From positions 32,001 through 96,000 of the forward strand of contig OZ219865.1 in the NCBI GenBank assembly GCA_964291675.2: a DNA stretch of 64,000 nt, given 5' to 3'. A model generated the notes under the pieces. The model was not told the DNA's origin, did not search any database, and saw only the letters and a program-made list of their open reading frames with translations. This stretch comes from Alphaproteobacteria bacterium (GTDB lineage Bacteria; Pseudomonadota; Alphaproteobacteria; MPNO01). Position 1 is the stretch's first letter, and the number at the start of each line of letters is the position of its first letter. The translations under genes were made by a program, and so were the position numbers. This document shows, piece after piece, positions 18,494-28,424 of this stretch.

Positions 18494-19540
18494 GTGAAGT
18501 TGCGGGTTCTGTTGTGGTGGTCGCTCAAGCTGGGCACCGCGGTTACTGCGGTCGCGAACCTCGCGCTTCTCGCGCAACACCCCTTCGCGGAGCCCTTCGT
18601 GGATCGGACGGCGGCCGATGCCCGGCTCGCCCTCGACCGGGCGCTTGGCGAACGGCTGACGCCGGAATGGCTCGCCGCCGAGCTCGACGCGGCGGTCGGC
18701 GAACAGGATCTGGACAGGACCGGGCTGCTGCTCGAGCTGGCCGAGGAACGCCGGGTTGCGGTGCCGGAGGAACGGCTGGCCGGGGCCAGGCGATTCGTCG
18801 CGCGGGAAACCGGCCTGCTCGCCCGGGCCGAGCGCTGCGCCGCCTGCGCGATCGATGCCGCGGACTGCCGCACGCCGGAGATGCTGCTCGCCTGCAACAT
18901 ACCGGTCGAGATGACGGTGATCGGCGACGCCAGGGCGTTGCTGGAGGCGGGCGACGACGCCCTCGCCGGCCGTCCGGTCGACCGGCTCGACGTGGCGCTC
19001 GCCGCCGCCGGCATCGGCGCGACCGCCATCGTCCCGCTCACCGGGGGCAGCAGCCTGACCGTCAAGGCCGGCGCCACGACCATCCGGGTGGCGCGCAGGA
19101 TGGGGGTGCTGGGCAAGGGGGTCGCGCGCGCCGTGGCGGAGGCGGCGGACGCGCCGTTCCGCTGGCGGCGGGTCGGCGCGTTCGTCACCACCGGCAGGCT
19201 GGACGAGGTGACCGACGCGCGCCGTTTCCGGCGACTCGGCCGCATCGCCGACGATCTCGGTACCGTGGCGGCGCATGCCGGCCCGGCGGCGACCGTCGCC
19301 CTGCTGCGCCATGTCGAGACCGCCGGGGATGCCGCCACGCTCGCCCGCGTCGCCCGGGTCGCGGGCGACAGGACCCGGAAGGCGGTCGAGGCGCTCGGGC
19401 TGGCCCGGGCGGCGCGGGCGCTGATCCGCTTCTCCGACCTCGTGCTCTGGACCCTCGGCCTGATGGCCGCGCTCGCCCTTCAGCTCCTCGCGTTCCTCGC
19501 GCCGCTTTGCCTGCGCGCGCTCGGCCCCCGGCGACGCTGA
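18494..19540 (+). CDS. Hypothetical membrane-anchored protein
   Basis: 348 aa with N- and C-terminal hydrophobic helices, CAACAIDAADC cluster, coding-like codon use. Confidence 0.65.
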   Translation: MKLRVLLWWSLKLGTAVTAVANLALLAQHPFAEPFVDRTAADARLALDRALGERLTPEWLAAELDAAVGEQDLDRTGLLLELAEERRVAVPEERLAGARRFVARETGLLARAERCAACAIDAADCRTPEMLLACNIPVEMTVIGDARALLEAGDDALAGRPVDRLDVALAAAGIGATAIVPLTGGSSLTVKAGATTIRVARRMGVLGKGVARAVAEAADAPFRWRRVGAFVTTGRLDEVTDARRFRRLGRIADDLGTVAAHAGPAATVALLRHVETAGDAATLARVARVAGDRTRKAVEALGLARAARALIRFSDLVLWTLGLMAALALQLLAFLAPLCLRALGPRRR

Positions 19541-19624
19541 CGGGCGCCCGGCTTCGACCCGGAAGGGAAACCCGTCTATGGTGCCGCCGGCCCGAAGGCC
19601 GTCCCCGAAGAAGGAGCGCCCGCG

Positions 19625-20620
19625 TTGCACAGCCATTCGCCGATCGACATCCACGCCCATTTCTACCCGCCGGAATATCTGCGGACGCTGGCGCGCGACG
19701 GCCACCGCTATGGCGGCGCGTTCAAGACCGGTGCGGAGGGGTTCACGGTCGCCGGCGGGCCGATCTCGATGGGGCCGCTGCCGCAAAAGTTCGCCGACGT
19801 GGATCTGCGGGTCGCCGAGATGGACGAGATCGGGGTCGATATCCACGCGCTCTCGCTGACCGGCCCGATGGTCGATTTCGCCGACGGCGAGGATTCGATG
19901 GCGCTCGCGGCGGCGTTCAACGACGGCTGCGCGGCGGCGCACGAGAAATATCCCGACCGCCTGTTCGGGCTGGCGGCGCTGCCCTGGCACGAGCCGGCGC
20001 TGGCGGTGAAGGAGCTGGAGCGCGCCGCCGCGCTGCCCGGCATAAGGGGGGTGTATTCGATGACCCGGGTGCGCGCGGCGGAGCTCGGCGACGAGGACTA
20101 TCTGCCGGTCTTCGAGGCGATCGACGGGCTCGGCCTGCCGCTCTTCCTGCACCCGGTGCATGTCGTCGACCCGCACAGGCTCGCGCGCTACTACCTCACC
20201 AACCTCCTGGGCAACCCGATCGAATCGGGGATCGCCGCGGCGCATCTGATCTTTTCGGGCACGCTCGACCGCTTCCCCGATCTCGAAATCTGCCTGCCGC
20301 ATGCGGGCGGCGTGTTCCCCTATGTCGTCGGCCGCCTGCAGCACGGCCACGAGGTGCGCCCGGAGATGGCGCATCGCGACACGGGGCCGATGGAATACAT
20401 CAGGCGCTTCCACTACGACACCGTCAGCCATTCGGAGAAGGCGCTCGCCTATCTCATCGACCTGGTCGGCGCCGACCGGGTGATGCTCGGCAGCGACTAC
20501 TGCTTCGACATGGGCTACGAACGCCCGGTCGAGGTGGTGACCGGCCACGGCGGCATCGACGAAGACGCGCGCGAAAAAATCCTGTCGGGGAACGCCAGGC
20601 GGCTGCTCGGCCTAGGCTAG
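19625..20620 (+). CDS. Amidohydrolase_2 family protein (ACMSD/aromatic decarboxylase-like)
   Basis: IDIHAH, LFLHP, LPHAGG, FHYDT, VMLGSDYCFDMG; TTG start after AAGGAG. Confidence 0.88.
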   Translation: MHSHSPIDIHAHFYPPEYLRTLARDGHRYGGAFKTGAEGFTVAGGPISMGPLPQKFADVDLRVAEMDEIGVDIHALSLTGPMVDFADGEDSMALAAAFNDGCAAAHEKYPDRLFGLAALPWHEPALAVKELERAAALPGIRGVYSMTRVRAAELGDEDYLPVFEAIDGLGLPLFLHPVHVVDPHRLARYYLTNLLGNPIESGIAAAHLIFSGTLDRFPDLEICLPHAGGVFPYVVGRLQHGHEVRPEMAHRDTGPMEYIRRFHYDTVSHSEKALAYLIDLVGADRVMLGSDYCFDMGYERPVEVVTGHGGIDEDAREKILSGNARRLLGLG

Positions 20621-21481
20621 GGTCGAGCGGTACCAGTCGGCGATCTCGGCGCCCGACCAGAACACCACGCCGGGCCGGGCGGCCATCTGCTCCAGCATGG
20701 CTTCGAGGTGCTTGATGCGGTGCGGCACGCCGCTGATATAGGGGTGGATGCCGAAGCCCATGAACTTGGCCCGTTCGGCGCTCTCCTCGTACAGCCGGTC
20801 GAACTGGTCCATGGTGCGGCGGTAGAGCTCGGCGCTCTCGTGGTGCTGCAGGAGCATCATCGCGATGTCGTTGAGCTCGACCGAGTAGGGCACGTTGACG
20901 AGGTCGCCCGCGCGGGTGCGGACCAGGGTCGGCTCGTCGTCCCAGACGAAGTCGGCGACATAGTCGAGCCCGGCCTCCTTCAGGAGGTCGGAGGTCTCGT
21001 AGGTCTGGGTGAGGCCCGGGCCGATCCAGCCGCGCGGCCGGGTGCCGGTGAACGCGCCGATCCGCTCGACGGTCTCCTCGATGGTGCGGCGCTCGTCCTC
21101 CAGCAGGTGCATCGGCCCCTGGTGGTAGGTGTGCGGCAAGAACTCCCAGCCGGCTTCGAGCGCGGCCTGCGCCACCCTGGGATAGACGTCGCAGACCGAG
21201 GCGTTGAGCGAGAAGGTGGGCTTGATGCCGAGCCCGTCGAACGCCGCCTTGACGCGCCAGAACCCGACCCGCATGCCGTATTCCTGCCAGCTCCAGTTGG
21301 GGATGTCGGGCACGAACAGGGTCTCGCCGGGAGGCGTCAGCACCGCGCGCGGCATCGGCTTGGCGGTGTCCCAGTTCTCGATGTTGAACACCGGCCAGAC
21401 GACGATCCGCACGCCGTCGGGCAGCGTCAGCTTCTCGCGGTCGACGATGGCGCTGTAGTCGATGCGCTCGCGTGGGTCCAC
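20612..21481 (-). CDS. Polysaccharide deacetylase family protein (PuuE/allantoinase-like)
   Basis: NWSWQEYGMRVGFWR, RPRGWIGPG, VPYSVELND, IHPYISGVPHR. Confidence 0.87.
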   Translation of the reverse strand: MDPRERIDYSAIVDREKLTLPDGVRIVVWPVFNIENWDTAKPMPRAVLTPPGETLFVPDIPNWSWQEYGMRVGFWRVKAAFDGLGIKPTFSLNASVCDVYPRVAQAALEAGWEFLPHTYHQGPMHLLEDERRTIEETVERIGAFTGTRPRGWIGPGLTQTYETSDLLKEAGLDYVADFVWDDEPTLVRTRAGDLVNVPYSVELNDIAMMLLQHHESAELYRRTMDQFDRLYEESAERAKFMGFGIHPYISGVPHRIKHLEAMLEQMAARPGVVFWSGAEIADWYRSTLA

Positions 21482-21529
21482 GGTCTGTCTCCCCTCAATC
21501 CGGGCGCACCCCGCCCCCGGCCCTCGATC

Positions 21530-22837
21530 TCACATCAGGCTGGGCAAGTAGAGCGCGATGCCGGGCGCCATGATCAGGATGATGATCAGGATGAGGTCGC
21601 AGAACAGGAAGGGGATCGCATAGGACGCGACCTCGAACAGCGTGGTGCCGCGCACCATGCCCATCATGATGTAGAGCAGCAGCCCGAAGGGCGGGGTGGT
21701 GGCGCTCATCTCCAGCGACATCAGCACGATCAGCGAGAACCAGATCAGGTCGTAGCCCAGCGTCTGGGCGATTGGGTAGAAGATCGGCACGGTGATCAGC
21801 ATCATCGAGACCTGGTCCATGAACATGCCGAGCAGGATCAGGACCAGGAACATCGCCGAGAGGATCACCAGCGGCGCCACCTCGAACCCGGTGGCCCATT
21901 CGGTGAGCCCGCGCCCGGCGCCCGACATCGACAAGAGCTGGCTGAACACGGTCGAGTTCATCAGGATGAAGAACACCATGCCGACCACCCGGATGGCGCC
22001 GACCAGCGAGGTCTTGAACGCCTGCCAGGTGAACGCGCGGAAGGCGATGGCGAGGATGCACACGCCGACCACCCCGAAGGACGCCGATTCCGACGGCGTC
22101 GCCCAGCCGAGCACGATAAAGCCGATCACCATGAAGACGACCAGCCCCATCGGCAGGATGTTGACCGCGACCTGGTAGAGCTTCTCCTTCCAGGTGGTGG
22201 GCTCGATGTCGTAGCTCGGCGCGGCGTCGGGGTTGATCCTGAGCTGCAAGAGGATCATCGCCGCATAGAGCGCGGCGAGCAGGAAGCCGGGCAGGAGGCC
22301 GGCGATCAGCAGCGCGCCCACGTCGACGCCGGCGATCGAGGCGAGCAGCACGCCGAGCGAGGACGGCGGGATGATCATCGCGAGCCCGCCGGTGCCGAGG
22401 ATCGGCCCCATCGACATGCGCTTGTTGTAGCCGCGCCGGGTCATCTCGGGGACCAGCAGCGAGCCCAGCATGGCGGTATTCGCCATGGTCGAGCCGGTCA
22501 GCGTCGAGAACAGCGAGCCGCCGATCACCGTCAGGAAGCAGAGCCGGCCCGGAACCTTGCCGAGCAGCTTGTCGAGCGCATCGAACACCCGGATGGCGAG
22601 CCCGGTATGGAAGAACAGCGCGCCCATCAGGATGAACATCGGGATGGGCGAGAGCGTGAACGTGGTGATGAGCTGCGGCGCGTTGTCGGCGATCTGGATC
22701 AGGTTCGACCAGCCATTGGCGAAGACGAACATGCCGAGCACGTTGGCGATCAGGAAGGTGAAGGCGACCGGGAAGCCGAGCGCCATGCCCGCCACGACGC
22801 AGCCGAGAAGAATCGCCCCTGCCTCGTACCATTCCAT
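21530..22837 (-). CDS. dctM: TRAP transporter large permease (DctM)
   Basis: IPMFILMG, GGLAMIIPPS, ATPSES, TPPFG; many TM helices. Confidence 0.92.
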   Translation of the reverse strand: MEWYEAGAILLGCVVAGMALGFPVAFTFLIANVLGMFVFANGWSNLIQIADNAPQLITTFTLSPIPMFILMGALFFHTGLAIRVFDALDKLLGKVPGRLCFLTVIGGSLFSTLTGSTMANTAMLGSLLVPEMTRRGYNKRMSMGPILGTGGLAMIIPPSSLGVLLASIAGVDVGALLIAGLLPGFLLAALYAAMILLQLRINPDAAPSYDIEPTTWKEKLYQVAVNILPMGLVVFMVIGFIVLGWATPSESASFGVVGVCILAIAFRAFTWQAFKTSLVGAIRVVGMVFFILMNSTVFSQLLSMSGAGRGLTEWATGFEVAPLVILSAMFLVLILLGMFMDQVSMMLITVPIFYPIAQTLGYDLIWFSLIVLMSLEMSATTPPFGLLLYIMMGMVRGTTLFEVASYAIPFLFCDLILIIILIMAPGIALYLPSLM

Positions 22838-22840
22838 GGC

Positions 22841-23362
22841 TCAGACGCTGTCCTTCACCTCGCCGAGATCGTAGGTGTAGTAGTGGCGCAGCCCGGCGAG
22901 ATACATCAGGAATTCGAGCCCCACCAGCCCGTAGCCGAAGGGCATCGGCAGGAACTGGAGCCAGTACGGCATGTCGATGCCGCGCACGTCGAGATTTCCG
23001 GTCTGGATGGCCTCGATGAAGAGCTCGATCGAGAGATAGGCGAAATAGAACCCGAGCACCGCGCAGACCAGATACACCCCCTTGGCCATGGGCTCGCGAA
23101 CCGCCGGCGGCAGGAAGGTGACCAGCGCCTCGATCGCCACATGCCCCTTCTCGCGCACCAGCCAGGGGGCGGAGCACATCGCCACGTAGAGCAGCGCGTA
23201 CTCCACCACCGAGGAGGTAAAGAGCGGCGGGGTGAACCCGATGGTCCTGATCGACACGTCGATCACGATCATCGTGAAGATGCACGGGATCAGCGCGCAG
23301 GCGATCCACACCAGCGCGCCGACGACCCGCCCGAGCCCCCGGTCGAACGTCTCCAGCGACAC
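22841..23362 (-). CDS. dctQ: TRAP transporter small permease (DctQ)
   Basis: 4 TM helices, DV..R, EYALL, GHVAIE. Confidence 0.88.
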   Translation of the reverse strand: MSLETFDRGLGRVVGALVWIACALIPCIFTMIVIDVSIRTIGFTPPLFTSSVVEYALLYVAMCSAPWLVREKGHVAIEALVTFLPPAVREPMAKGVYLVCAVLGFYFAYLSIELFIEAIQTGNLDVRGIDMPYWLQFLPMPFGYGLVGLEFLMYLAGLRHYYTYDLGEVKDSV

Positions 23363-23393
23363 GGCCGCTCCCGTCCCCGCCGCCCGGACCCCG

Positions 23394-24440
23394 CTATTGC
23401 CTGAGCGCGCGGCCGAGATCGGCCTGGCGGTTGGGCTTGCCCGGGATGTACATCAGCGGCAGCAGCCTGTCGTGGTACTCCGACCGTTCCTTGAGCTGCT
23501 TCCAGATCTCCCGATGCGCGATGTCGAGATAGCGCGCCGCGGCATCGCCCTTGAGCACGATGTCCTTGACGCCGGCCGCCATGACCTGCTTGTCCTCGGC
23601 CTTGCGCTCCTTCTCGATCCAGTGCACCGAGGTGGTCTCGTATTCCTTGGCGAGATCGGTCATCGCGTCCTGCTTCTCGCGCGCCAGCTTGTTCCAGGTG
23701 TCGGCGTGGACCGTCACCACGGTGTTGGTCTGGTAGTAGTTCGGCTGGATGCGGTACTTGATCACCTTGTGCACGCCGAGCGGCACGATCGAGATGTCGG
23801 TGAAGCCGAAGCCGTCGACCGTCCCGCGCTGCAGCGCGGTGAACACCTCGGACGACTTGATGTTGATGGTGGTCGCGCCGAGCGCCCGGAACAGCGGGCG
23901 GTAGGTGCCGGTGGCGCGCATCTTCAACCCGGTCAGGTCGGGCACGCCGTGCTCGTCGAACTTGGGCTCCTTCATCAGATAGGTGTTGTAGGAGGTCATG
24001 TTCTCGCCCCAGGCCAGCAGATGCGCGCCGGCCTTCTTGAGATAGATCTCCTGGAGGATCTCCCACGCCCCGTTGGCGCGCAGCGCCTTGGGGCCCTGGT
24101 TGGCGGCGAGGATCGCGTAGCCCTCGGGCACGGTGCCGATGTAGTAGGCGGTCGGGCTGTGCAGCACGTTGAACTGGCCCCGCCTCAGCGCGGTGACGGC
24201 CTTGCGCGGCGGCACGATCTCCTGACCCCCGAGATACTTGATCTCGACCTTGCCCTTGAGGTTCTCGTTGAGCGGGTTGAGATAGTTGGCCTTGAAGCTG
24301 CGCACCAGGGCGTTGTTCTGGTCGAGCGAGGTGACCGCGTTGAGCTTGTCGGTCATCGCCGCCGCCGTCCCGGCGCCCGCTGCCACGGCGGTGGCCGCGG
24401 CGAGTGCGGTGAGTGCTAATCCTGTCTTCATGTTCCTCAT
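23394..24440 (-). CDS. dctP: TRAP substrate-binding protein (DctP), paralog 1
   Basis: Signal peptide, DLTGLKMR, EVFTALQRGTVDG. Confidence 0.9.
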   Translation of the reverse strand: MRNMKTGLALTALAAATAVAAGAGTAAAMTDKLNAVTSLDQNNALVRSFKANYLNPLNENLKGKVEIKYLGGQEIVPPRKAVTALRRGQFNVLHSPTAYYIGTVPEGYAILAANQGPKALRANGAWEILQEIYLKKAGAHLLAWGENMTSYNTYLMKEPKFDEHGVPDLTGLKMRATGTYRPLFRALGATTINIKSSEVFTALQRGTVDGFGFTDISIVPLGVHKVIKYRIQPNYYQTNTVVTVHADTWNKLAREKQDAMTDLAKEYETTSVHWIEKERKAEDKQVMAAGVKDIVLKGDAAARYLDIAHREIWKQLKERSEYHDRLLPLMYIPGKPNRQADLGRALRQ

Positions 24441-24623
24441 TCCCAGTCCTGGTTCATCCTTGGTTCATCGTATGCGCGCAGGCGCGGCGGGCCGCGTCAA
24501 CGCCCCGCGCTGTCGATACCGACAATGGCCGGCCGGCGCAATGACGGGTTGCAGCCCGATTGCGACCGGTCTCCCTTCCACGCCGTTCTCGAAAATCCGG
24601 GGACGCGGCCTGCCGGCAACCGC

Positions 24624-25658
24624 CTATTTGCGGAGCGCGCGCCCGATATCGACCTGGCGGTTGGGCTTGCCGGGGACGTACATCAGCGGCTTGAGCTTGT
24701 CGTGGTATTCCGACCGCTCCTTGAGCTGCGTCCAGATCTCCTGGTGGGCGATGTCGAGATAGCTCGCCGCCGCGTCGCCCTGGAGCGCGATGTCCTTGAC
24801 CCCGGCGGCCAGCATTTCCTTCTCTTCCTTGGCGCGCCGCGCCTCCAGCCACTTGACCGACTCGGTCTCGTAGGTCAGCGCCTGCTTCTCCAGGAACGCC
24901 TTCTGCTCCTTGGTCAGCGAGTCCCAGACCTTGGGATTGACCGTCAGCACCTGGTTGGTCTGGTAGAAGTTGGGGGTGATCCGGTACTTGACGATCTTGT
25001 GCAGCCCGAGCGCCACCACCGCCACGTCCGGCCAGCCGAAGCCGACGACCGTGCCGCGCTGGAGCGCGGTGAAGATCTCCGACGACTTGATGTTGATCGT
25101 GGACGCGCCGAGCGCGCGGAACAGCGGCCGGTAGGTGCCGGTCGCGCGCATCTTCAGCCCCGTCAGGTCCGGCACGCCGTCGGCGCGGAACTTGGGCATG
25201 ACCATCAGATAGGTGTTGTAGGAGGTCATGCTCTCGCCCCAGGCCAGCAGATGCGCGCCGGCCTTCTTCATGTAGACCTCCTGGAGGATCTCCCAGGCGC
25301 CGTTCTTGCGCAGCGCGCGCGGCCCCTGGTTGCCGGCGAGCAGCGCATAGCCCTCGGGGACGGTGCCGATGTAGTACGCCGTCGGGCAGCTCAGCATGTC
25401 GAACTGGCCGCGCTTGAGCGCGTTGGCGGCCTTGCGCGGCGGCACCACCTCCTGGCCGCCGATATACTTGATCTTCACCGGGCCGTTGGCCGCGTTGCTG
25501 GCGTTCAGATAGGTTTCGATGAAGGCTTTCGCGATGGTGTTGCTGCGCTGCAGCGCGGTCACCGCGCCGAGCTCGTCCTTCGCCGATGCCGTCGACATCG
25601 CCGTCGCCAGCGCCGCCGACGCCGTCGCGAGGGCGATCAGGACCCTGTATGGTTTCAT
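24624..25658 (-). CDS. dctP: TRAP substrate-binding protein (DctP), paralog 2
   Basis: Start MKPYRVL with signal peptide; DLTGLKMR, EIFTALQRGTV; highly similar to 23394..24440. Confidence 0.9.
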   Translation of the reverse strand: MKPYRVLIALATASAALATAMSTASAKDELGAVTALQRSNTIAKAFIETYLNASNAANGPVKIKYIGGQEVVPPRKAANALKRGQFDMLSCPTAYYIGTVPEGYALLAGNQGPRALRKNGAWEILQEVYMKKAGAHLLAWGESMTSYNTYLMVMPKFRADGVPDLTGLKMRATGTYRPLFRALGASTINIKSSEIFTALQRGTVVGFGWPDVAVVALGLHKIVKYRITPNFYQTNQVLTVNPKVWDSLTKEQKAFLEKQALTYETESVKWLEARRAKEEKEMLAAGVKDIALQGDAAASYLDIAHQEIWTQLKERSEYHDKLKPLMYVPGKPNRQVDIGRALRK

Positions 25659-25867
25659 TCCGGTTCTCCCTTCCTGGACCGCGCGGCGGCGGTTCAGCGA
25701 ACGACCGCCGCCGCGCAGTGCGAGACTCCCTTGGATAGCTTTGGTTTTTTCGCCGCCATGCTGGCCAAGCGGCCCGGTTTCGTCAACACCCAAGCGCGGC
25801 TCGATTGCGCCCGATTCGCGGCCTCGCCATAATCCCGGCGCGTGGTAGTCCGCCGGGGAAACAGCCG

Positions 25868-26740
25868 ATGAGCATCGAGATCCTGCCCGTTTCCGACGCG
25901 CTCGGGGCCGAGGTCACCGGCGTCGATCTGGGCGAGCCGGTCGACGGCGACGTGGCGGCGCTGTTGCGCCGCGCCTGGCTCGACTACCAGGTGCTGGTGT
26001 TCCGCGGCCAGGACATCGACCAGCATCGCCAGCTCGCCTTCACCCGGCTGTTCGGCCAGCCCGGCGGGGTGTTCTCGCCGAGGCCGCAGCGCGGGCTCGA
26101 CGGCGAGCCCCTGGAGCCCGGCATCATGATGGTCTCCAACATCCGCCGCGACGGCAAGCCGCTCGGCCTCGCCCATGACGGCGAGATGTGGTTCCACTCC
26201 GACATGTGCTACGACGAGAACCCGCACCAGGCGACGATGCTGTATGCCATCGAGATCCCGCCCGTGGGCGGCAACACGCAGTTCGCCAACATGTACGCCG
26301 CCTACGACCGCCTGCCCGAGGCGACCAGGGAGCGCATAAGCGGGCGCACCGCGCTCCAGATGCACGAATACCACCGCACCGACCGGCCGAGGGTGCGCGA
26401 CGACATGTCGGACGTGCGCCACTTCTCCCACCCGGTCGCCATCTCCCATTCCGAGACCGGGCGCAAGGCGCTCTACGTCAACCGGCTGATGACGGCGCGC
26501 ATCGACGGCATGGACGAGGCCGAGAGCGACGCGCTGATCGACGAGCTTCTGGCCGCCAGCGAGGACCCGGCGATCGTCTACGAGCATGTCTGGCGGGTCG
26601 GCGACCTGGTGATGTGGGACAACCGCTGCGTGACCCACGCGCGCACCGACTTCCCGGAGCACGAGCGCCGCCTGCTGCGCCGCACGACCACCGAGGGCAG
26701 CCGCCCCTTCGAGACCCTTGAGGAATACGCGGCCGCCTGA
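25868..26740 (+). CDS. TauD/TfdA family 2-oxoglutarate/Fe(II) dioxygenase
   Basis: LGAEVTGVDL, WFHSD (HxD), GGNTQFANM, WDNRCVTHAR. Confidence 0.92.
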   Translation: MSIEILPVSDALGAEVTGVDLGEPVDGDVAALLRRAWLDYQVLVFRGQDIDQHRQLAFTRLFGQPGGVFSPRPQRGLDGEPLEPGIMMVSNIRRDGKPLGLAHDGEMWFHSDMCYDENPHQATMLYAIEIPPVGGNTQFANMYAAYDRLPEATRERISGRTALQMHEYHRTDRPRVRDDMSDVRHFSHPVAISHSETGRKALYVNRLMTARIDGMDEAESDALIDELLAASEDPAIVYEHVWRVGDLVMWDNRCVTHARTDFPEHERRLLRRTTTEGSRPFETLEEYAAA

Positions 26741-26746
26741 TCGGGG

Positions 26747-28141
26747 CTAAGACCGCCCCGGCCCCACACCCGCCTCGCCCAGGTCCCAGAACAGCCCGGC
26801 CATGATCGCCAGCCCCTCGCGCGCGACCGGCGCGAGCAGGTGCTCGTCGGGCGCGTGCTGCGAGCAGCCGGGGTAGGAATGCGGCACCCAGATCGTCGGC
26901 AGGCCGAGGATGTCGGCGAACACGTCGTTGGGCAGCGACCCGCCGAGATTGGGCAGCACCGCCGGCGGCGCGCCCGTGGTCCGGGCGATCGAGTCGCTGG
27001 CCCAGCCCACCCAGGGGTGGTCGGGGTCGAGCCGGGTCGCGGGAAACCGCCCGCCCGCAGGCGCCCTGACCGCGACCTCGGAAAAACCCTCGCGGTCGAG
27101 ATGGCGGCGGATGGCGGGGGCGATGTCGTCGGCGTCGGTGCCGGCGACGAAGCGGAGCTGGCAATGGGCGCGCGCGGCGCCGGGGATCGCGTTGACCGGG
27201 TTCTCCGGCGTCCCCGCATGCAGCGCCAGCACCTCGAAGCTGTTCCATCCGTAGACCCGCTCGGCCGGGGTCAACCCGGGCTCGCCCCAGCCCGCATCGA
27301 CCGCCGGGCCGCCGGGACCGCCCGAGAGCTCGAGCCCGGCAAGCGCGCGGCGCACCGAATCCGGCAAGGACGGGCGCAGCTCGGGCACCAGAATGACCCC
27401 GCTTCGGTCGACGATGCTGGCGATCGCCGCGCTCAGCACCGTCGCCGGGTTGGCGAGCGCGCCGCCCCAATTGCCCGAATGATGCGCGCCCTCGCGCAGC
27501 TCGACGGCGAGCTCGACCGGCGCGCCGCCGCGCGAGCCGAGGAAGACGGTCGGCCGGTCCGGGGCGAGGCGGGGTCCGTCGGAGGCGATGAACAGATCCG
27601 CCCCGAGGCGTTCGCCGAGCGCGCCCGCGGCGAGCGCGCGCAGCCCGGGCGAGCCCACCTCCTCGCCCATCTCGAACACCATCTTCATCGAGAAGCCGAG
27701 ACCGCCGCGTTCGGCGATCACCGCCGCGAGCGCGCCGAGATTGACGCTGTGCTGGCCCTTGTTGTCGGCGCTGCCGCGCCCGTAGAGGCGTTCGCCGCGG
27801 CGTGTCAGGGACCACGGCGAGAGCCCGTCCCGCCAGCCCTCGTCGAGACCGCGCACCACGTCGCCATGGGCGTAGGAGAGCAGCGTGAGCGCACCCGGTT
27901 CGCCGCGCTCGGCGAGCAGGAACGGCGGGCCGCCGGGCTCCGGGTTGTCGACGATCTCGGCCGAGAAGCCGAGCGCCGCCAGCGACGGCGCAATCTCGTC
28001 GGCGAGGTAGCGGCCCAGCGTCGGACGGGCCGCGTCCTCCTGGCTGGTCGAGGCGATGGCGATGCGGCGCGCGAGATCGGCCGCGAACCCGCCGCCGTCG
28101 AAATAGGCCTCGGCCCTGGCGATCGCCGCCGCGCGCGTCAT
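26747..28141 (-). CDS. M20 family metallopeptidase/amidohydrolase
   Basis: YAHGDVV, YGRGSADNKGQH, EMGEEVGS, HHSGNWGG, QHAPDEH. Confidence 0.9.
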   Translation of the reverse strand: MTRAAAIARAEAYFDGGGFAADLARRIAIASTSQEDAARPTLGRYLADEIAPSLAALGFSAEIVDNPEPGGPPFLLAERGEPGALTLLSYAHGDVVRGLDEGWRDGLSPWSLTRRGERLYGRGSADNKGQHSVNLGALAAVIAERGGLGFSMKMVFEMGEEVGSPGLRALAAGALGERLGADLFIASDGPRLAPDRPTVFLGSRGGAPVELAVELREGAHHSGNWGGALANPATVLSAAIASIVDRSGVILVPELRPSLPDSVRRALAGLELSGGPGGPAVDAGWGEPGLTPAERVYGWNSFEVLALHAGTPENPVNAIPGAARAHCQLRFVAGTDADDIAPAIRRHLDREGFSEVAVRAPAGGRFPATRLDPDHPWVGWASDSIARTTGAPPAVLPNLGGSLPNDVFADILGLPTIWVPHSYPGCSQHAPDEHLLAPVAREGLAIMAGLFWDLGEAGVGPGRS

Positions 28142-28227
28142 CGTGTTCCCTCCGCCTTCGGGCGCCGCCCATTTTGCATGCCTCCGCCGGATTCTCATCC
28201 CCTCGTTTCCGGCCCTTTCCCCGGTGC

Positions 28228-28342
28228 CGTCATGCCCGGACTCGATCCGGGCACCCACCGGCTCCCGCGGCGAACCGGCATGGATGGCCGGAACAGGTCC
28301 GGCCGTGACGTAGTGGGGGAACGGAGGGCGTATCGAGGGACG
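28228..28342. repeat. CGTC-type REP-like inverted pair plus half-unit, second copy
   Basis: CGTCATGCCCGGACTCGATCCGGGCACCC ... GGATGGCCGGAACAGGTCCGGCCGTGACG ... GCGTATCGAGGGACG. Confidence 0.78.
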
Positions 28343-28424
28343 CTCTCGGCCATATGACGGGCGGGTTTCGGCCCCGCGCCGCCCCGGCTACGCTGGGCCC
28401 GGCAATAGTCTAGGAGGCCGCGCC

